This document shows, piece after piece, positions 33,762 through 48,312 of a stretch of DNA of 64,000 bases. Source of the stretch: the human T2T-CHM13v2.0 reference genome, Homo sapiens; the NCBI RefSeq assembly GCF_009914755.1, contig NC_060935.1, one strand, 5' to 3'. Position numbers and translations under genes: made by a program. Positions within the stretch are counted from its first letter, which is position 1; each line of letters begins with the position of its first letter. The notes under the pieces were generated by a model. That model had not been told where the DNA came from and did no database searches. It saw nothing but the letters and a program-made list of their open reading frames with translations.

Positions 33762-33827
33762 TCTCATGGAGAGTTTTTCAGCTTCTGCAGGATGTTTATA
33801 ATTTCTAAAAGGTGTGTTTGACCATCC
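33762..33827 (-). pseudogene. Relic exon, 66 nt, phase 0-0
   Basis: tttccaaatattgcag|GGATGG...ATGAGA|gtaatt; GWSNTPFRNYKHPAEAEKLSMR, open. Confidence 0.6.
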
Positions 33828-34303
33828 CTGCAATATTTGGAAATAGGTGTTGAACTTGAGAGCATATCATTTAGGATTCTCTTGTATGCGAGCCATGGAA
33901 AACTTAGCTCATCTTGGCTTAAGTTAAAAAAAAAAAGGTGGGGGCAATTTATTGGGTTGTGCAACTAAAAAGTACAGGAATAGTATAGCTTCAGGTATGT
34001 TTTGATCAGGGAATTAAATGATGTCACTAGATCCAAATCTCATTCTATTTCTTGGCACTAGTTCTCCCTAGATTGATATTGATGTCACCTTCAGGCTGTT
34101 AAGTGGTAGTGAGAAGGCTTCTGGCAGTGCCAGCCTTTTGTCTTTCTTGATTTAAGTCCAGTAGGAAAGATCATGTGTTTCTCTCTCAGCAGTTCCACAA
34201 AAACTTTATTGCATTTCATTGGCTGTGATTAGAGCAAACGCTATTCCTTAAGCAATCCCTATGTTAGGGACTGTGATGCTGTGATCGGTCAGGCTTGACT
34301 TAA

Positions 34304-35150
<847 letters not shown>

Positions 35151-35580
35151 ACATCTTTTATGTGCAAAATTGGGACAGTATAATGTATACTATATAGCTT
35201 TTTAAAATCTAACAATACATTGTGAATAATTTGCCATGTTTTTAGATATTATTATATGTGATTATTAATGACTGTGTGGTATTCTCCAGTGGATATACTA
35301 CAATTTACTTACACGTGCCCCTACTTCTTTTCTGTCACATAAAAATAATATCATAATGGACATGTTTGTGGACAGCTACAATTAATTCTTTTTTTTTTTT
35401 TTGAGTCGGAATCTCACTCTGTCACCCAAGGTGGATGAACTGTTTTTCAGTTCATCACCAAAGGTGGGGTTGTTTTGGAAGTCTGAATAATCTAGGATTA
35501 GCTGGGATGGCCTATTTGGTCTTAGTGGGTAAACACAGAAGTCAGTTGCCTGTTCTGGCCAAGCTTGTTCTGGCCGAGTT

Positions 35581-35996
<416 letters not shown>

Positions 35997-36067
35997 TAAT
36001 AAGAATACTTAAAGTGTAAGTGAATATAATTGCTGGAGAAGGAGAATTTATTACAGAAATCTTGCAC

Positions 36068-36177
36068 CTCTTTCATGTTCCACCTGTTGAAGAAGTAGAG
36101 CTTCTGGAAGGGTGCACATAGATGTGGTGTGACTTCAGCACAAGGGTCAGTCACAATTGTCTGCCTCATTCATTTCC
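36068..36177 (-). pseudogene. Relic exon, about 110 nt, acceptor AG destroyed
   Basis: Strong polypyrimidine tract (tttttttccttctcatg) without AG; donor GAG|gtgcaa; K*MRQTIVTDPCAEVTPHLCAPFQKLYFFNRWNMKE. Confidence 0.5.
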
Positions 36178-36395
36178 CATGAGAAGGAAAAAAATTCAAG
36201 GAATGTTAGGAGGTGTTTGGGAATTTCTCCATAGCCCTCCAGGCCTTCTATATCAGATTAAGCTGGTAACTGAAGAAACACAAACCACTTTTATATGAAT
36301 TATGATGGCTCTAGAAATATTGCTATTACTGAGTCATTCAAAGGTATAGCCAAAGAGCAATTCCAGGCAGGTGAAAATGAGAAGTTTTGGATTAC

Positions 36396-36534
36396 TCCAC
36401 TGTTTGAAGTTCCCTTGGGATAAATGCCGAGCATGGTGTCAACAGCAGTGTGACTTGGCCCTGTGCTCTGGACTTTGCATTTTCCAGGCCCCAAGAGCCC
36501 AGCTCTGCAACCCAGAGCTCCCTGCAAATATGAT
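36396..36534 (-). pseudogene. Relic exon, 139 nt, phase 0-1
   Basis: cccttttaccaacag|ATCATA...GTGGA|gtaatc; IIFAGSSGLQSWALGAWKMQSPEHRAKSHCC*HHARHLSQGNFKQW. Confidence 0.6.
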
Positions 36535-37093
36535 CTGTTGGTAAAAGGGAACCTACACGGGCGACAGACGGAGCAGCCTCCAGAATAAGTCCTTGCTTGC
36601 CTTCAAAATCCTCATGCTAAGGGCAGGACTTCTGCGCTATTTATTCTAAATCCCCAGCACCTGCCACAGCCCTGGCCTACAGTAGGTATCAACATCTGCT
36701 AGAAGGATGAACAGATGGATGAGTGAGCTGGCTAGACCAGTTCCAGCTGTCTCCAGTACTGGCGGCCTGGTGTTCATGAGTGTGCAGAGCTGTCCCTTAG
36801 CAATGAAAGACAGCATGACAAAGGCTGCTGTGGACTGCAGAGGCTACCAGCTGGAGATTTGGAGTCAGCCACATCTGGGTACTAATTTTGCTCTGTCACT
36901 TGTTAGTTGTGTGACCTTGGGCCAGTCATTTGATCTCTGAGCTTCTGTTTCCTCACATATAAAATGAGCATAATAAAATCTACCTCACTTGGCTATTGGG
37001 AGAATGAAATCAGATAATGCCTGTAGAATGTTTAGCTACGTACCTGGCACACAGTGAATGCTCAACAAATGGGTCTGTCTGGGATTCTATACA

Positions 37094-37422
<329 letters not shown>

Positions 37423-37771
37423 TAGAGAGTTAGCTTGGGAGGAACTGCACTCATCACTGTGTCTAGAGGAGGTGATATTATAGGTTCTGGAGCCTGCAAT
37501 GTCAGCCGGTGTGGTGGTCAGTGCTTAGTATTGTCCTGGAAGGGGTGTAAGTCATGAATCACGAGTGAACGGCTCAGAGGTCACATGTGTGGGGACAAGG
37601 TAAGGGCAAGGCTGTTATGAGGTCACAATGCTAGATTCTCAGGATGAGAGTTATGGCTGAGTTTATAGAAGATGAGGGATGGAACGGACCTTATTTGGCT
37701 CTAGTCTGGGCCTTGAATTTGATGGGGCTTCCTTATGAATCAAGGTATATTTCTAGTCCACAGGGATGGAC

Positions 37772-37891
37772 TCTCCCTGCCAAGTGCCTTCATGGGAACC
37801 ATGTGACAGTTAAATTTGATTCATGCAAGATGCTTCTCTGGGCAAATTTCATTGTGAGTTCTACATGCCAGGAATTCCTACAATCTGTCAT
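37772..37891 (-). pseudogene. Relic exon, 120 nt, phase 0-0
   Basis: ggctttctcag|ATGACA...GGGAGA|gtccat (weak donor); MTDCRNSWHVELTMKFAQRSILHESNLTVTWFP*RHLAGR. Confidence 0.5.
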
Positions 37892-38112
37892 CTGAGAAAG
37901 CCCCCAGAATGCTGAGACAGGAGCCAAGCTCTGCCCTGTATGCCAGAGGGGTGATGATTCTGTTTGTGAAAATTTAGTTGCTCAGAAATGACTGATGGTG
38001 CTGTGACTGATTACTGAATTATACGTTTGGCAATTAGTCATTCACTCAACAAACATTTATTTCTCTTCTTTGCTTTCCTCTCAGATGAAACCATAGCAGT
38101 CAGAGACCATAC

Positions 38113-38312
38113 ATTGGAGCCCACAATGTGTCAGAAGCATGGCATGCTCTGTGCAGCCTTTTTCATCCTGTTTGCTTCCATATACAAAGTGTCTCTGCAT
38201 ATGAGTCCCAGGAGGTTTGGTGACTTTTTAATATTCCCCAGAGCTACCTTTCAAAGCAGCGAGGTTACTTGAGTTCCAGCCTAGAGGCTGGATTCAATGC
38301 TGAGCAGCAACT
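38113..38312 (-). pseudogene. Relic exon, 200 nt (frameshifted)
   Basis: catcttctctctag|AGTTGC...CCAAT|gtatgg; VAAQH, then RCFER*(TAG from TGG) and ETLCIWKQ. Confidence 0.55.
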
Positions 38313-38472
38313 CTAGAGAGAAGATGCAGACTGCAGCTGTTGTTTAGCATCTTTGAGCATTAACTATTCTCACTCTCAGAAAATGGAGTATTTAGAGAGC
38401 AGTCACTGGAGGAGGCCAAAGGTTTTAGCAAGAGAACTGTTTTACATTCAACAGCTATTAAACAAGTCACAC

Positions 38473-38562
38473 CCTTCTTCCTGCAGTCTTTAAGTATGGT
38501 CACTCAGTGGAGCTCATGGGAATAAATACACTTGGAGGAGATCAAATCCCAGTGTTCCTGGT
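38473..38562 (-). pseudogene. Relic exon, 90 nt, phase 2-2
   Basis: catgccccatag|ACCAGG...GAAGG|gtgtga; PGTLGFDLLQVYLFP*APLSDHT*RLQEE, where the TGA sits at the W position of LLxxxLxxW. Confidence 0.5.
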
Positions 38563-39178
38563 CTATGGGGCATGAGTTCCCCAGTTACTCTTTCTCCAAG
38601 CACTCAGCAAGGTGTGGTGATTCTGAGCTCTGAACTGGAGGTTAGGATATTGAAGTTCAAAATTCCAGCTCTGCCACTTACCTGCCAGTTGGCTCTGTCA
38701 GGGCTGTTGCTCCCTTGTTTACAGAACAAGGGCTGTCCCTAGAGTGACTCCCAGCTCCAGCGTTCTAGAAGACTGAGTTAGCTCTGAGTGTCATTTCAAA
38801 TTCTGGAAACAAAGTAATGACTGTTAAAATTAGCATACTTTGGTAACTTTGAGCAAGGGTCACAGACATTGGCACTGGCTAGCAAAATCTCAGAGCTATG
38901 GAATTTCACTCAAGTGCGAAGTCCCCAGAACTACTTATTTGTCACTGATCTTTAATGTGAAATTCTTTGACAGATAATTTCATCATGTTTGACAGACTTT
39001 TATTAAACAAATGCTCTTTAAAATGATTAGCAAACTCTAGTCAATCTTTTTTTCATTTTTATTAATAGTAGTAAAAAATAGTACCAACTATTCAGTGTGT
39101 ATGATATACTAAGCACTTTTTACACTGTAATAAGCATTACTTCATTAGAGCCTTCCAATAATCCTATCATTGTTTCCA

Positions 39179-39485
<307 letters not shown>

Positions 39486-40457
39486 TAGATGAGAAACTTG
39501 AGGTTCAGAGGAATTCTGAGAGGTTCCCAAGGTCACATCATTAGTAAATGGAGGCAGTAGGATTTGAATCTGGCTCAGTTTAACTTCTGAATCTATGCTC
39601 TTTTCTTATGGCTAGAAATTCTAGTGTTTTGTATCACTTATGACCAGCATCATTATAATCAACCACACTTGCAAAGTGTCTGCTATGAGCAGAAGATAGA
39701 GGAGGAGAAATCAGACATGGTCCTTGCCTTTAAGATCTTCAAATCTAGAAGACAGAGCATGTCTGTAAATGATGCAACAACATAAAGCAATGAGTGGTGT
39801 TGATAGCAAGAACTGGAGGGGCTCAGAGGCAGGAAAAATCCCTGGGGATGCTAAAAAACTTTACTGACAAATTGGGACTTTATTTGGATTCTAATGAATG
39901 CGGGCTGAAAAAAATATGAGGCAAGCAGAAAGAAAAGGCCCTGGAGGAAGGAGAAGGATAAGAGCAAAGTCCTGAAGATGGGAGCGTAGTTGATATGTTC
40001 CAAGAACACTAGGCATGGCTGTTTGACATGAGTGGAGACTTTGGGGAGCAAGAGACTCATTTGGGAAGGAGACCTGGGCCTTGGGCACCAGTTAAGAATG
40101 CAGTCTCCTCCATGAAAATTAAGCAGGTGCACATACACTGGGTGTGTCTTCTTTGTAAGCAAGGACTTTGCTTACAAGGACGTGCTTACTTTGTAAGCAA
40201 GAAATCAATGACCTTTATAGAGATATTAAATTGTTTTTGCTACATAGAAATAGTGATTCAGATAGAGAAATTTTACTGATGAAAAAACAGCTACTGAGAG
40301 AACATTTGTAAATCCCATCGAACCCTCTTAATATTCACTTGGTCACACTGATGGAGCACACTAATGGGACTGCTTTCCACATCACCCAGGTTAAGTGCCT
40401 GTGCATTTACTTACAAGAACTGGGAGGAAATATATGGTGATTTAAAAAGCCAGGGTA

Positions 40458-40594
40458 GGCCAGGTAAAGTGGCTCATACCTGTAATTCCAGCGCTTTGGA
40501 AGGCCAAGGCAAGAGGATTGCTTGAGCCCAGAAGTTTGAGACCAGCCTGGGCAATATAGGGAGACCCTGTCTAAAACACACAAACCAACCAACC

Positions 40595-40625
<31 letters not shown>

Positions 40626-40748
40626 TAGGTGTGGTGGCACATGCTTGAGCCCAGGAGGTAGAGGCTGCAGTGAGCTCTGACTGGGCTGGGCCACTGTATT
40701 CCAGCCTGGGTGACAGGGCAAGACCCTGTCTTTAAGGAAAAAAAAAAA
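40458..40748 (+). mobile_element. Alu (AluJ, internal deletion)
   Basis: Dimer with long middle A-tract; TSD gccagggta. Confidence 0.88.
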
Positions 40749-40834
40749 GGCCAGGGTAGGATGGTGGCATTGTGGGTGATTCTTTTCCCCCCTTTTAAAG
40801 TTGACTTTAGTATTACTGTTAAGTATTAATTTGA

Positions 40835-41129
<295 letters not shown>

Positions 41130-41679
41130 GATATTTGATATATTTTTTTAAAACCCATTCATGTTGGGATCCTCAGAAAAATTTTGAATTGAACATTATC
41201 TAAACTACTTCATCAGAAATTATTTCAGATTTAAAAAAAGTTCATTAAAAGAAAAAAATTACAGCAAATCAAAGGAGATTGCACACACCATCCCTTGACC
41301 TAGAGTTCTTTGGCTACAGAAGGAACTCCTATTCATCCCTCAGAAACCACTGGGGTCTCACCCCCTAACAGAGTTTAGCATCCATGGTACCTTTTATCAG
41401 TAGAAAGCAGTAAAGTCCATTTTGGAGTCAATCAGGCAGTTTAAGAATCCCCGCTTCCTTTACTATTAGCTGTGTGACTCTGAGCAAGAAGTTACACAAC
41501 TGAGCCTCGGTTTCCTCCTCTGTGAGGTGGGATAATAGTAGCTTTTAATAGTAGCTTCTGAACAGATGAGGACTGAAATATATGTGAAATGTGTTGAGCT
41601 GTTTGTCGCGTGTGTGTACAGAACGTGATTCCTTTCACAATTTCCCACGATTTGTGATTTCATTTACCACACTGTATTC

Positions 41680-42550
41680 GCCACACGGGGTCCCGAGGGC
41701 AGAGACTCCGCTTTACTGATCTCTGGTACCCCATGCCTGGCCCACGGGGGCTTGCAATTAGGTGTTTACAGAAGAAAGGAACGGAACGACTTCGAGGGCT
41801 CTGCTGGAAGCTTCGGCAGCGGCTCCGAACGCTTCCCGCCGCCTCGCCCGGCCGCAGCCGGTTCTTCGTGCTCCTCGCTCGGCGCCCACTGGCCGCCGTC
41901 GCCCCGAGGCTGCCTAGCGTCTCCCCTCAGCTTCTGCTCGGGGGGCAGCGGGTTTTGCCCGCCGCTCCTCCGTCAGAAGGGCGGCCAGGGCTGGGACAGG
42001 AATGAATTCCCTGCGGGTCCGGCATCCTCCTCCAGCCTGGGGCGCCGGCAGCGCGGCGGGCAGTGCTGGGACTCGTGGCGCCCGCGCTCCAGCCCCCGCC
42101 CCGGGCCGCTACTCTTCGGCGGGGCCCGCGGGGCGCAGGCTGCTCTGCCGCTGGGGCTCCGGTCCGCCTGCACTGTGACGTGGGCAGCAGCTGGGGCGGG
42201 CAGTGCCTCGGTCTCCGCTCGGGGACGCGGTGATTTTCTTTTTTTTTTCCGACTGCCGGAGCCCGTGGTGGTGGTGCTGGGGGGCGGGGTCGGCGTGGGC
42301 AGAGCTGCGGGGGCTGCCGCGGAGGCCGCCCTAGGAGGGAGGGGGCGGACCGGGGTGTGAGGTGAGCGGCCGTAATGAGCACTCGCAGGAGCAAGGGGCC
42401 CGGCGCGGGCCTCCAGGGCGGGAGGCCCTGACGCGGGGAGGAGGCGGCCGGGCGGCCAAGGGCCTCCCTGGGGAGTGTGCGGAGGCCGGGACGGAGCAGC
42501 GCGTAACTAGGGAGAGGATAGGCCGGGCTGGTGGAGATGCGGGGAGAGAC
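41680..42550. promoter_or_regulatory. CpG island / probable promoter
   Basis: Very GC- and CpG-rich; several GC boxes (GGGGCGGG, GGGGCGGA); TGACGT CRE-like site near 42176; plus-strand donor GAG|GTGAGC at 42361/42362. Confidence 0.85.
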
Positions 42551-43019
42551 CAGCCAAAGCTAAAGAGCCAAAGCAAAGGTGCTGCGGGGAGGACAGAGGA
42601 GCGGGAGGAAAGGGGAAGGAGAGAAGAAAAGAGGCAGGGAAACCCGGAGAGAAAGTGGGAGGGAGGCCAAGGGGACAGGGGAGGGGTGGGAAGAACGTAG
42701 GGCGGGGAGCAGAAAGGAAGGAGGGATCCAGAAATGGACCCGGAGGGAGAGAGGAAGGCGGAGAGCAGCTGTGAGGGAGAGGCTTGGCGGGAGCCTCAGC
42801 AAAGAGGAGGCTTTGAGGAGGCAAGTCTGGAAGCTGAGAGAGCTCTCTCCATGCTTTGCCAAATAAAAAGGCTCAACAAACAGGAACAGTGCATTCCTTG
42901 GTACTCCTGTCCCTTAGTCAATAGCAGGCTAGGGCTGGCCTCAGGGGCTGCTGAGTACTTCCAGGTGACAGAACAGGAGGAAAGGGGTCCCAGGCCCCTT
43001 GGAAGGAGAGCGGGGCGCG

Positions 43020-43285
43020 GGGGCAGGGAGGAGGGGAAGGAGGTGGTGGTTGGGAGAAAGAGGAGGAGGTGGTGGTGGGGGAAGGAGAGTGGGAGGAGAA
43101 GTGTGGGAAGAGAGAGTGGAGGGAAAGGAGAGGAGGAGGAGGTGGTGGGGGGGAGGAGGTGGTGGGGGGAAGGAGGTGGTGGGGGGAAGGAGATGAGGAG
43201 GAGGCAGCCTTGTGGAGGAAGGAGAGAGGAGGAGGAGGAAGCAGTGGGGGTCAAGGAGAGGAGGAAGAGAGCAGAGGGAGAGGGC
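43020..43285. repeat. G/A-rich low-complexity tract (GGA/GGT repeats)
   Basis: ggaggaggtggtgggggg-type units. Confidence 0.85.
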
Positions 43286-43378
43286 GGATTTGTTGCCTAG
43301 GCACTGGCTGAGGGTCACGATGGAAGGAGGCAGTATTTATTTTTTAAATTTATTTGACATATATTTACAAGGCAACTA

Positions 43379-43792
<414 letters not shown>

Positions 43793-44865
43793 ACATACAT
43801 CTCAGCAGTATGGGTAATGGGCCAGTTAGTCAAGTGCGCTTTGCCTCAGTTTCCTCGTCTGTAAAATGGGGTTTATTAGGAGACCTACTCTGTAGAGTTT
43901 TTTTTCTTTTTTTTTTTTTTTTAAGAATTAAATAGTGTTTCTTTATAAAGTAATAATGTGGTGCAAAGCACAAAGCAAGCACTCGGAAAGGGTTTACCTA
44001 TGAACATTTGCACTGCCGGGTCTTGAAGGAGAAGGCATTTGCCAAGCGAGAGCAGAATGGGAAGAACTTTCCAGGCAGAGGCCACAGAGGCAGTAAGAAG
44101 GAGGGGGGCGAGGATGATTGTGGGCTTAATAACAGTGGTGGGCATGAGGATTACCTGCAACAGCAGCACCCTGTGGGGAGGTCTTGCTAAATATTCAGAT
44201 TCTTGGGCCCCTCCTTAGACCTACAAGATCTGGGTCTCTGGGCAAAGCATGGGAATCTGTGTTTTAACTTGCTCCCCAGAGATTTCTGTTGCACCCCTTC
44301 CCTCCACCCGATCCCAGGGCTCTGTCCTGGTTCAGGCTTTATTGTGTTCAGCTGTGCTAGAATAAACACCTTTTTAATGGATCCTCCTTCAATCCTATAA
44401 CCTGATTCTCCTTCAATCACCTCAGCCGAATGACATCTCTCAGAAATCTTCCCTGACTGTCCAGGCGGAATTAATGGTTCACTTCCCTGTTCCTCTATAC
44501 CTTGAGCATCCCTCTACAATTGAATGCTCCTTCATTCCATTTCATTGCACCAGCATGTATCGAGGGTCTACTGTTATCTATCGCTGAAGAGAATGATTGC
44601 AAAAAACTTGAATGAACATGGAAAATGCTGATGATCAGATTTCCATTGAAAAGAAAGGTGTGCTCCTTGGGGTGGGGGTGTTGTTGTAATTGTCAGAAAA
44701 TGTTTAATAAAAGAAACAGAAATAACAATAATCTTGTTAGCATAATTGTGAGTGAACTTTTGCTCTTTTTTAATTCTCAAAAATACCCTAAACATCATGT
44801 TTCACGGTCTTTACAAAAACACCACCACAGAAACAACAGAAGCCTCCGGGCCTGAGGTGTCATAC

Positions 44866-45004
44866 TGGGTATGGCCACATGGTGTCCCTCCAGCTCAGTC
44901 TAAACCTTCCAGACTACAGTCTTCCAACAGTCTCCGCTTCGCCCAGCAGCCGGGGCTAGTCCGAGCCGAGCGAACCCTAAGCTACGGGAACCAGCTTCTT
45001 GGTG
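44866..45004 (-). pseudogene. Relic exon, 139 nt
   Basis: ctcctctccactcttgggacag|CACC...TACCCA|gtatga; CpG-retaining; frame uncertain, contains RLL...SWR and CWK..VWK motifs. Confidence 0.45.
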
Positions 45005-45582
45005 CTGTCCCAAGAGTGGAGAGGAGACAGATGAACGTTTCTCAGGCTAGAGGAAGGCGGTTTATTTGCTTCCAAGGGTTCCAGTAGACAGTTCTGACAC
45101 GAAATTTCGTTGTGGAGGGAACTTTTAAGACTGTGTGAAGGGAGGGAATGGGAAGGGTTTAGATTTGCATAGTAGGTGGGCAGCTTTGTGGCGGTTGGGA
45201 GGAGGTTTGGATGACTTGAGAGAGACCAGGAAAAAAGCTGGAGTCCGGACTGAGGAACGGAAGGATACGGAGTTTTTTTGTAGGCGAGGGTAAGGGGCAG
45301 CAATGGGGTTGGAAGGAGGGGTTGGGGATGTGTTTGCACAGCAAGCATACTATTTATATCACACATCCATAAGAAAAAAGTTGTAAAGAGGCCCTTCCCC
45401 GTCAGTATTTTACTTCGGTTTTCTTGCCAATCCGGCCCCAAACTCGGAGGTTTTTTTTTTTTTTTTTTTATGCCAGTCTGGCCCCAAACTCTAGCCGTTC
45501 ACCTACATACTGGGAAACTGTTATGTTTTCGGTTTGATAGCAGACAGGCAAACTTTTTAGCAGCATTTGGATTTCCTGTAGG

Positions 45583-45755
45583 ACGGTGGTTCTCAAACTG
45601 GTGCGCATGAGTGTCACCTGGAGGGCTTGTTAGAGCAGATGGCTGGGCTCCACCCCAGAGCTCCTCTTTCAGTAGGTGTTGGGTGGAGCCTGAGAATGTG
45701 CATTTTAATAATGTTCTCAGATGGTGCTGATACTGCTGGTCTGGAGAACCAACAA
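45583..45755. mobile_element. MER5A MITE
   Basis: cggtggttctcaaact...tcacctggagggcttgtta...gcctgagaatgtgcatttt. Confidence 0.8.
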
Positions 45756-46351
45756 TGTAAAGGAATTCATTTCCTAACAGGTTCTGCCAATGTTCTCTCC
45801 ACCTTAAAAACCAAAAGCCAAAGAACCCCAATTCTCCCCCTGGATGATGGGTATTTGCGATTGCAGGCACTTTAAAAAGTGGTAGAACTCACCTTCTGGT
45901 TTTAGTTTAATTTTTTGTTTGTTCTAACCACTGTCATTCAACACATAATGGTTTTAGATATTTATTGTTAGCTTTTGCCTGTTTAGAATTTTTGATCTTG
46001 TTGCTATGGATGGTGTTTGCTATAAAAACCTTGATGGCTGGGGAGTGGAGTGTTCCAAAGGAAAATGCTCTTATATTCAAGTCAGTTCCTCTGCTCTTAT
46101 CTGTACACCACACTGTAATCCCTAGGAAGGAGACTCTAGAGGAAAAGGGGAAGGCGGGAAGGCTCAACAGCTGGGACTGCCATAGGTTCAACCAGTCCAC
46201 AGCCCTAGAGGGGTGCATGCACACAGTGGAGCTGTCTCTTCTCCTCTTAAGGGGCAGCTCTGGGCTTTGGGGTACCTGAGTCTACAGTAGGAGGGAAACG
46301 AGAACTGGTCTCAGCTCCTACAGGTACTTTGGACTTTACCTCCTCGGGTCT

Positions 46352-47625
46352 TATATTAGTTTCCTATTGCTGTTGTAACAAACTACCATAAATGTCATGG
46401 CTTAAAACAACTGAAGTTTATTAGCTTACAGTTCTAGACGTCAAAGTCTGAAATGGGTCTTGTTGGGGCTAAAATCGAACGCTGTGTTCCTTCTGGGGGC
46501 TCTAGGGGAGAACCCGCTCTTTGTCTTTTCCAACTTTGTTTTGTTTTGAGACAGGGTCTCCCCCTGTTGCCTGGGCCAGAGTGCGGTGGTGCAATATAGC
46601 TCACTGCAACCTTGAACTCCTGGGCTCAAGCACTTCTCCTGCCTCAGCCTCCTATGTAGCTAGGACTATAGGCACACGCCACTATATCTGGCTAATTTTG
46701 TTTTTTATTTTTCGTGGAGATAGGGTCTTGCTGTGTTGCCCAGGCTGGCCTCAAACTCCTGGCCTCAAGCAATCCTCCCGCCTCAGCTGGGATTACAGGC
46801 ACAAGCCACTGTGCCCAGCCCATTTCCAACTTTTAGAGATTGCTTGCATTCCTTGGCTCCTGGACACATTACCCTGATTTCTGCTTCTATCACCACCTCT
46901 CCTTTTCTGACTCTGAGCCTCCGGTCTTTCTTTTAAAAGGGCCCTTGTAATTACACTGGGCCCATTTGGATAGTCCAGGATACTCTCCCCATTTTAACTT
47001 AATTCCATCTGCAAAGTCCCTTTGCCACATAAGGTAACATGTTCATAAGGTCTGGGGATCAGGATGTGGACTTCTTTGCAGGGGGTGAACTGTAATACTC
47101 ATTTATAAAGTATACTCATAAAGAATTGAAAATACAGTTCAGACAATAGAAGAGAAACATAATAAACATTTCCTTCCATTTAAAAAATAGTTTTTACATA
47201 GTTATACTGTATATACAACTTGAGATCCTGGTATTTCAATTAAATATTGTGTCTAAATATATTCTAAATTATATAAAATGTGCTAAATTATACTAAATAT
47301 AGTCTATATTAATATACACAGCGAACATTTTTACTGACTACATAGTTGAGTGACTATACCATATTTTACCTAAGCCTTCCCATAATTTTGGAAATGTAAA
47401 TCATTTTAATTTTTAAATATAAATAACTCTATGATAAATACTTTTGCTCGTAAGGATTTTTATGTTTGTAAGTTTTTCCTTGGGATAGGCTCCTGGATGT
47501 GGAGTCACTGGATCAAAGGCTTTTACACAAAATGTTTTTCAAAGGGTTTATATTAATTTTCAGAACCACCAAGTTCTGAGAATTAGGATGTGAATATCTT
47601 TGGTGTCATTATTCTGCCTACCACA
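46352..47625 (-). mobile_element. MLT1A/MST-type LTR containing an AluJ (about 46535-46821) and a duplicated L1-derived insert (47091-47571)
   Basis: tattagtttcctattgctgttgtaacaaactacca start; LTR end attctgcctaccaca lies after the insert. Confidence 0.75.
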
Positions 47626-47776
47626 GGCCTCAAGTTTCTCCTTGGTAGAATGGTAATATAATCACTATTCCCCAGGCAGCTGAGAAGATTAAAGGCACTC
47701 ATATCTCTGAAGAAAGCTTGGTAAGCAGTGAAGACCTGCACATGTGGTAGTTATTGCTCTCGTGACCTGAGCTTAC

Positions 47777-47842
47777 CTGGTGGGCAGGTTGGGAAAGGGG
47801 CTCATGCCCATGACTCAGTTATACCACACTACAGCCCTGATA
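47777..47842 (-). pseudogene. Relic exon, 66 nt (60 nt with alternative acceptor), phase 2-2
   Basis: ctgtctctcaag|TATCAG...CACCAG|gtaagc; IRAVVWYN*VMGMSPFPNLPT. Confidence 0.55.
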
Positions 47843-47971
47843 CTTGAGAGACAGTGTGTGTGCGTGTGTGTGTGTGTGCTTGTGCATAGGGTATGGGGTG
47901 GGAACAGTTTTCTAAGCAGCAGCCACTTGCTTACAGAAAGGCCCAGCAAACCTATGGAAAACTGTCTGGAA

Positions 47972-48153
47972 CTGTGGTTCACCACCCTCACTGTGCATCA
48001 GAATTACTCCATGAGTTTTTAAGAAGCACAGGTTCCCTGAGTTCCATACCCGAGTGATTCTGGTTCAGTTAGTCCAGGTGGAGCTCAGTCTTCATGTTTT
48101 ACCAAAGTTCCCCAGGTGATTGTGATGCAATAGAGATTAAAAAAACTCTGACC
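47972..48153. mobile_element. MER5B-type MITE
   Basis: ctgtgcatcagaattac...gattctggttcagttagtc...ttccccaggtgattgtgatgca. Confidence 0.65.
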
Positions 48154-48312
48154 TAGGCCATCTATGGGAAGCCTGGGGAACAAAACCTGGGAAAAGCTGG
48201 AATGGGTTCATGGCAAACGCAAGACGTATAGATGGCTTTAAGAGGCAACAAGGGCTATTACCCCTCCCTGTCTCTCAGCTCTGTGGCCCAACTATTAACC
48301 CAGAAAAATTAC

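Noticed and set aside
36060-36170. Possible B-box/MYND zinc finger (NCD.PC...LCAP.QKLYF.NR)
   Set aside because: Needs a frameshift plus four of seven metal ligands mutated; the FxxW repeat reading needs none of this.
41670-41695. CTCF-like motif (cgccacacggggtccc)
   Set aside because: Only a partial match to the consensus; cannot be supported without ChIP data.
41752-43318. Several long overlapping ORFs (up to 202 aa)
   Set aside because: Stop-poor because of GC-rich island and purine-rich low-complexity sequence; no recognisable domain.
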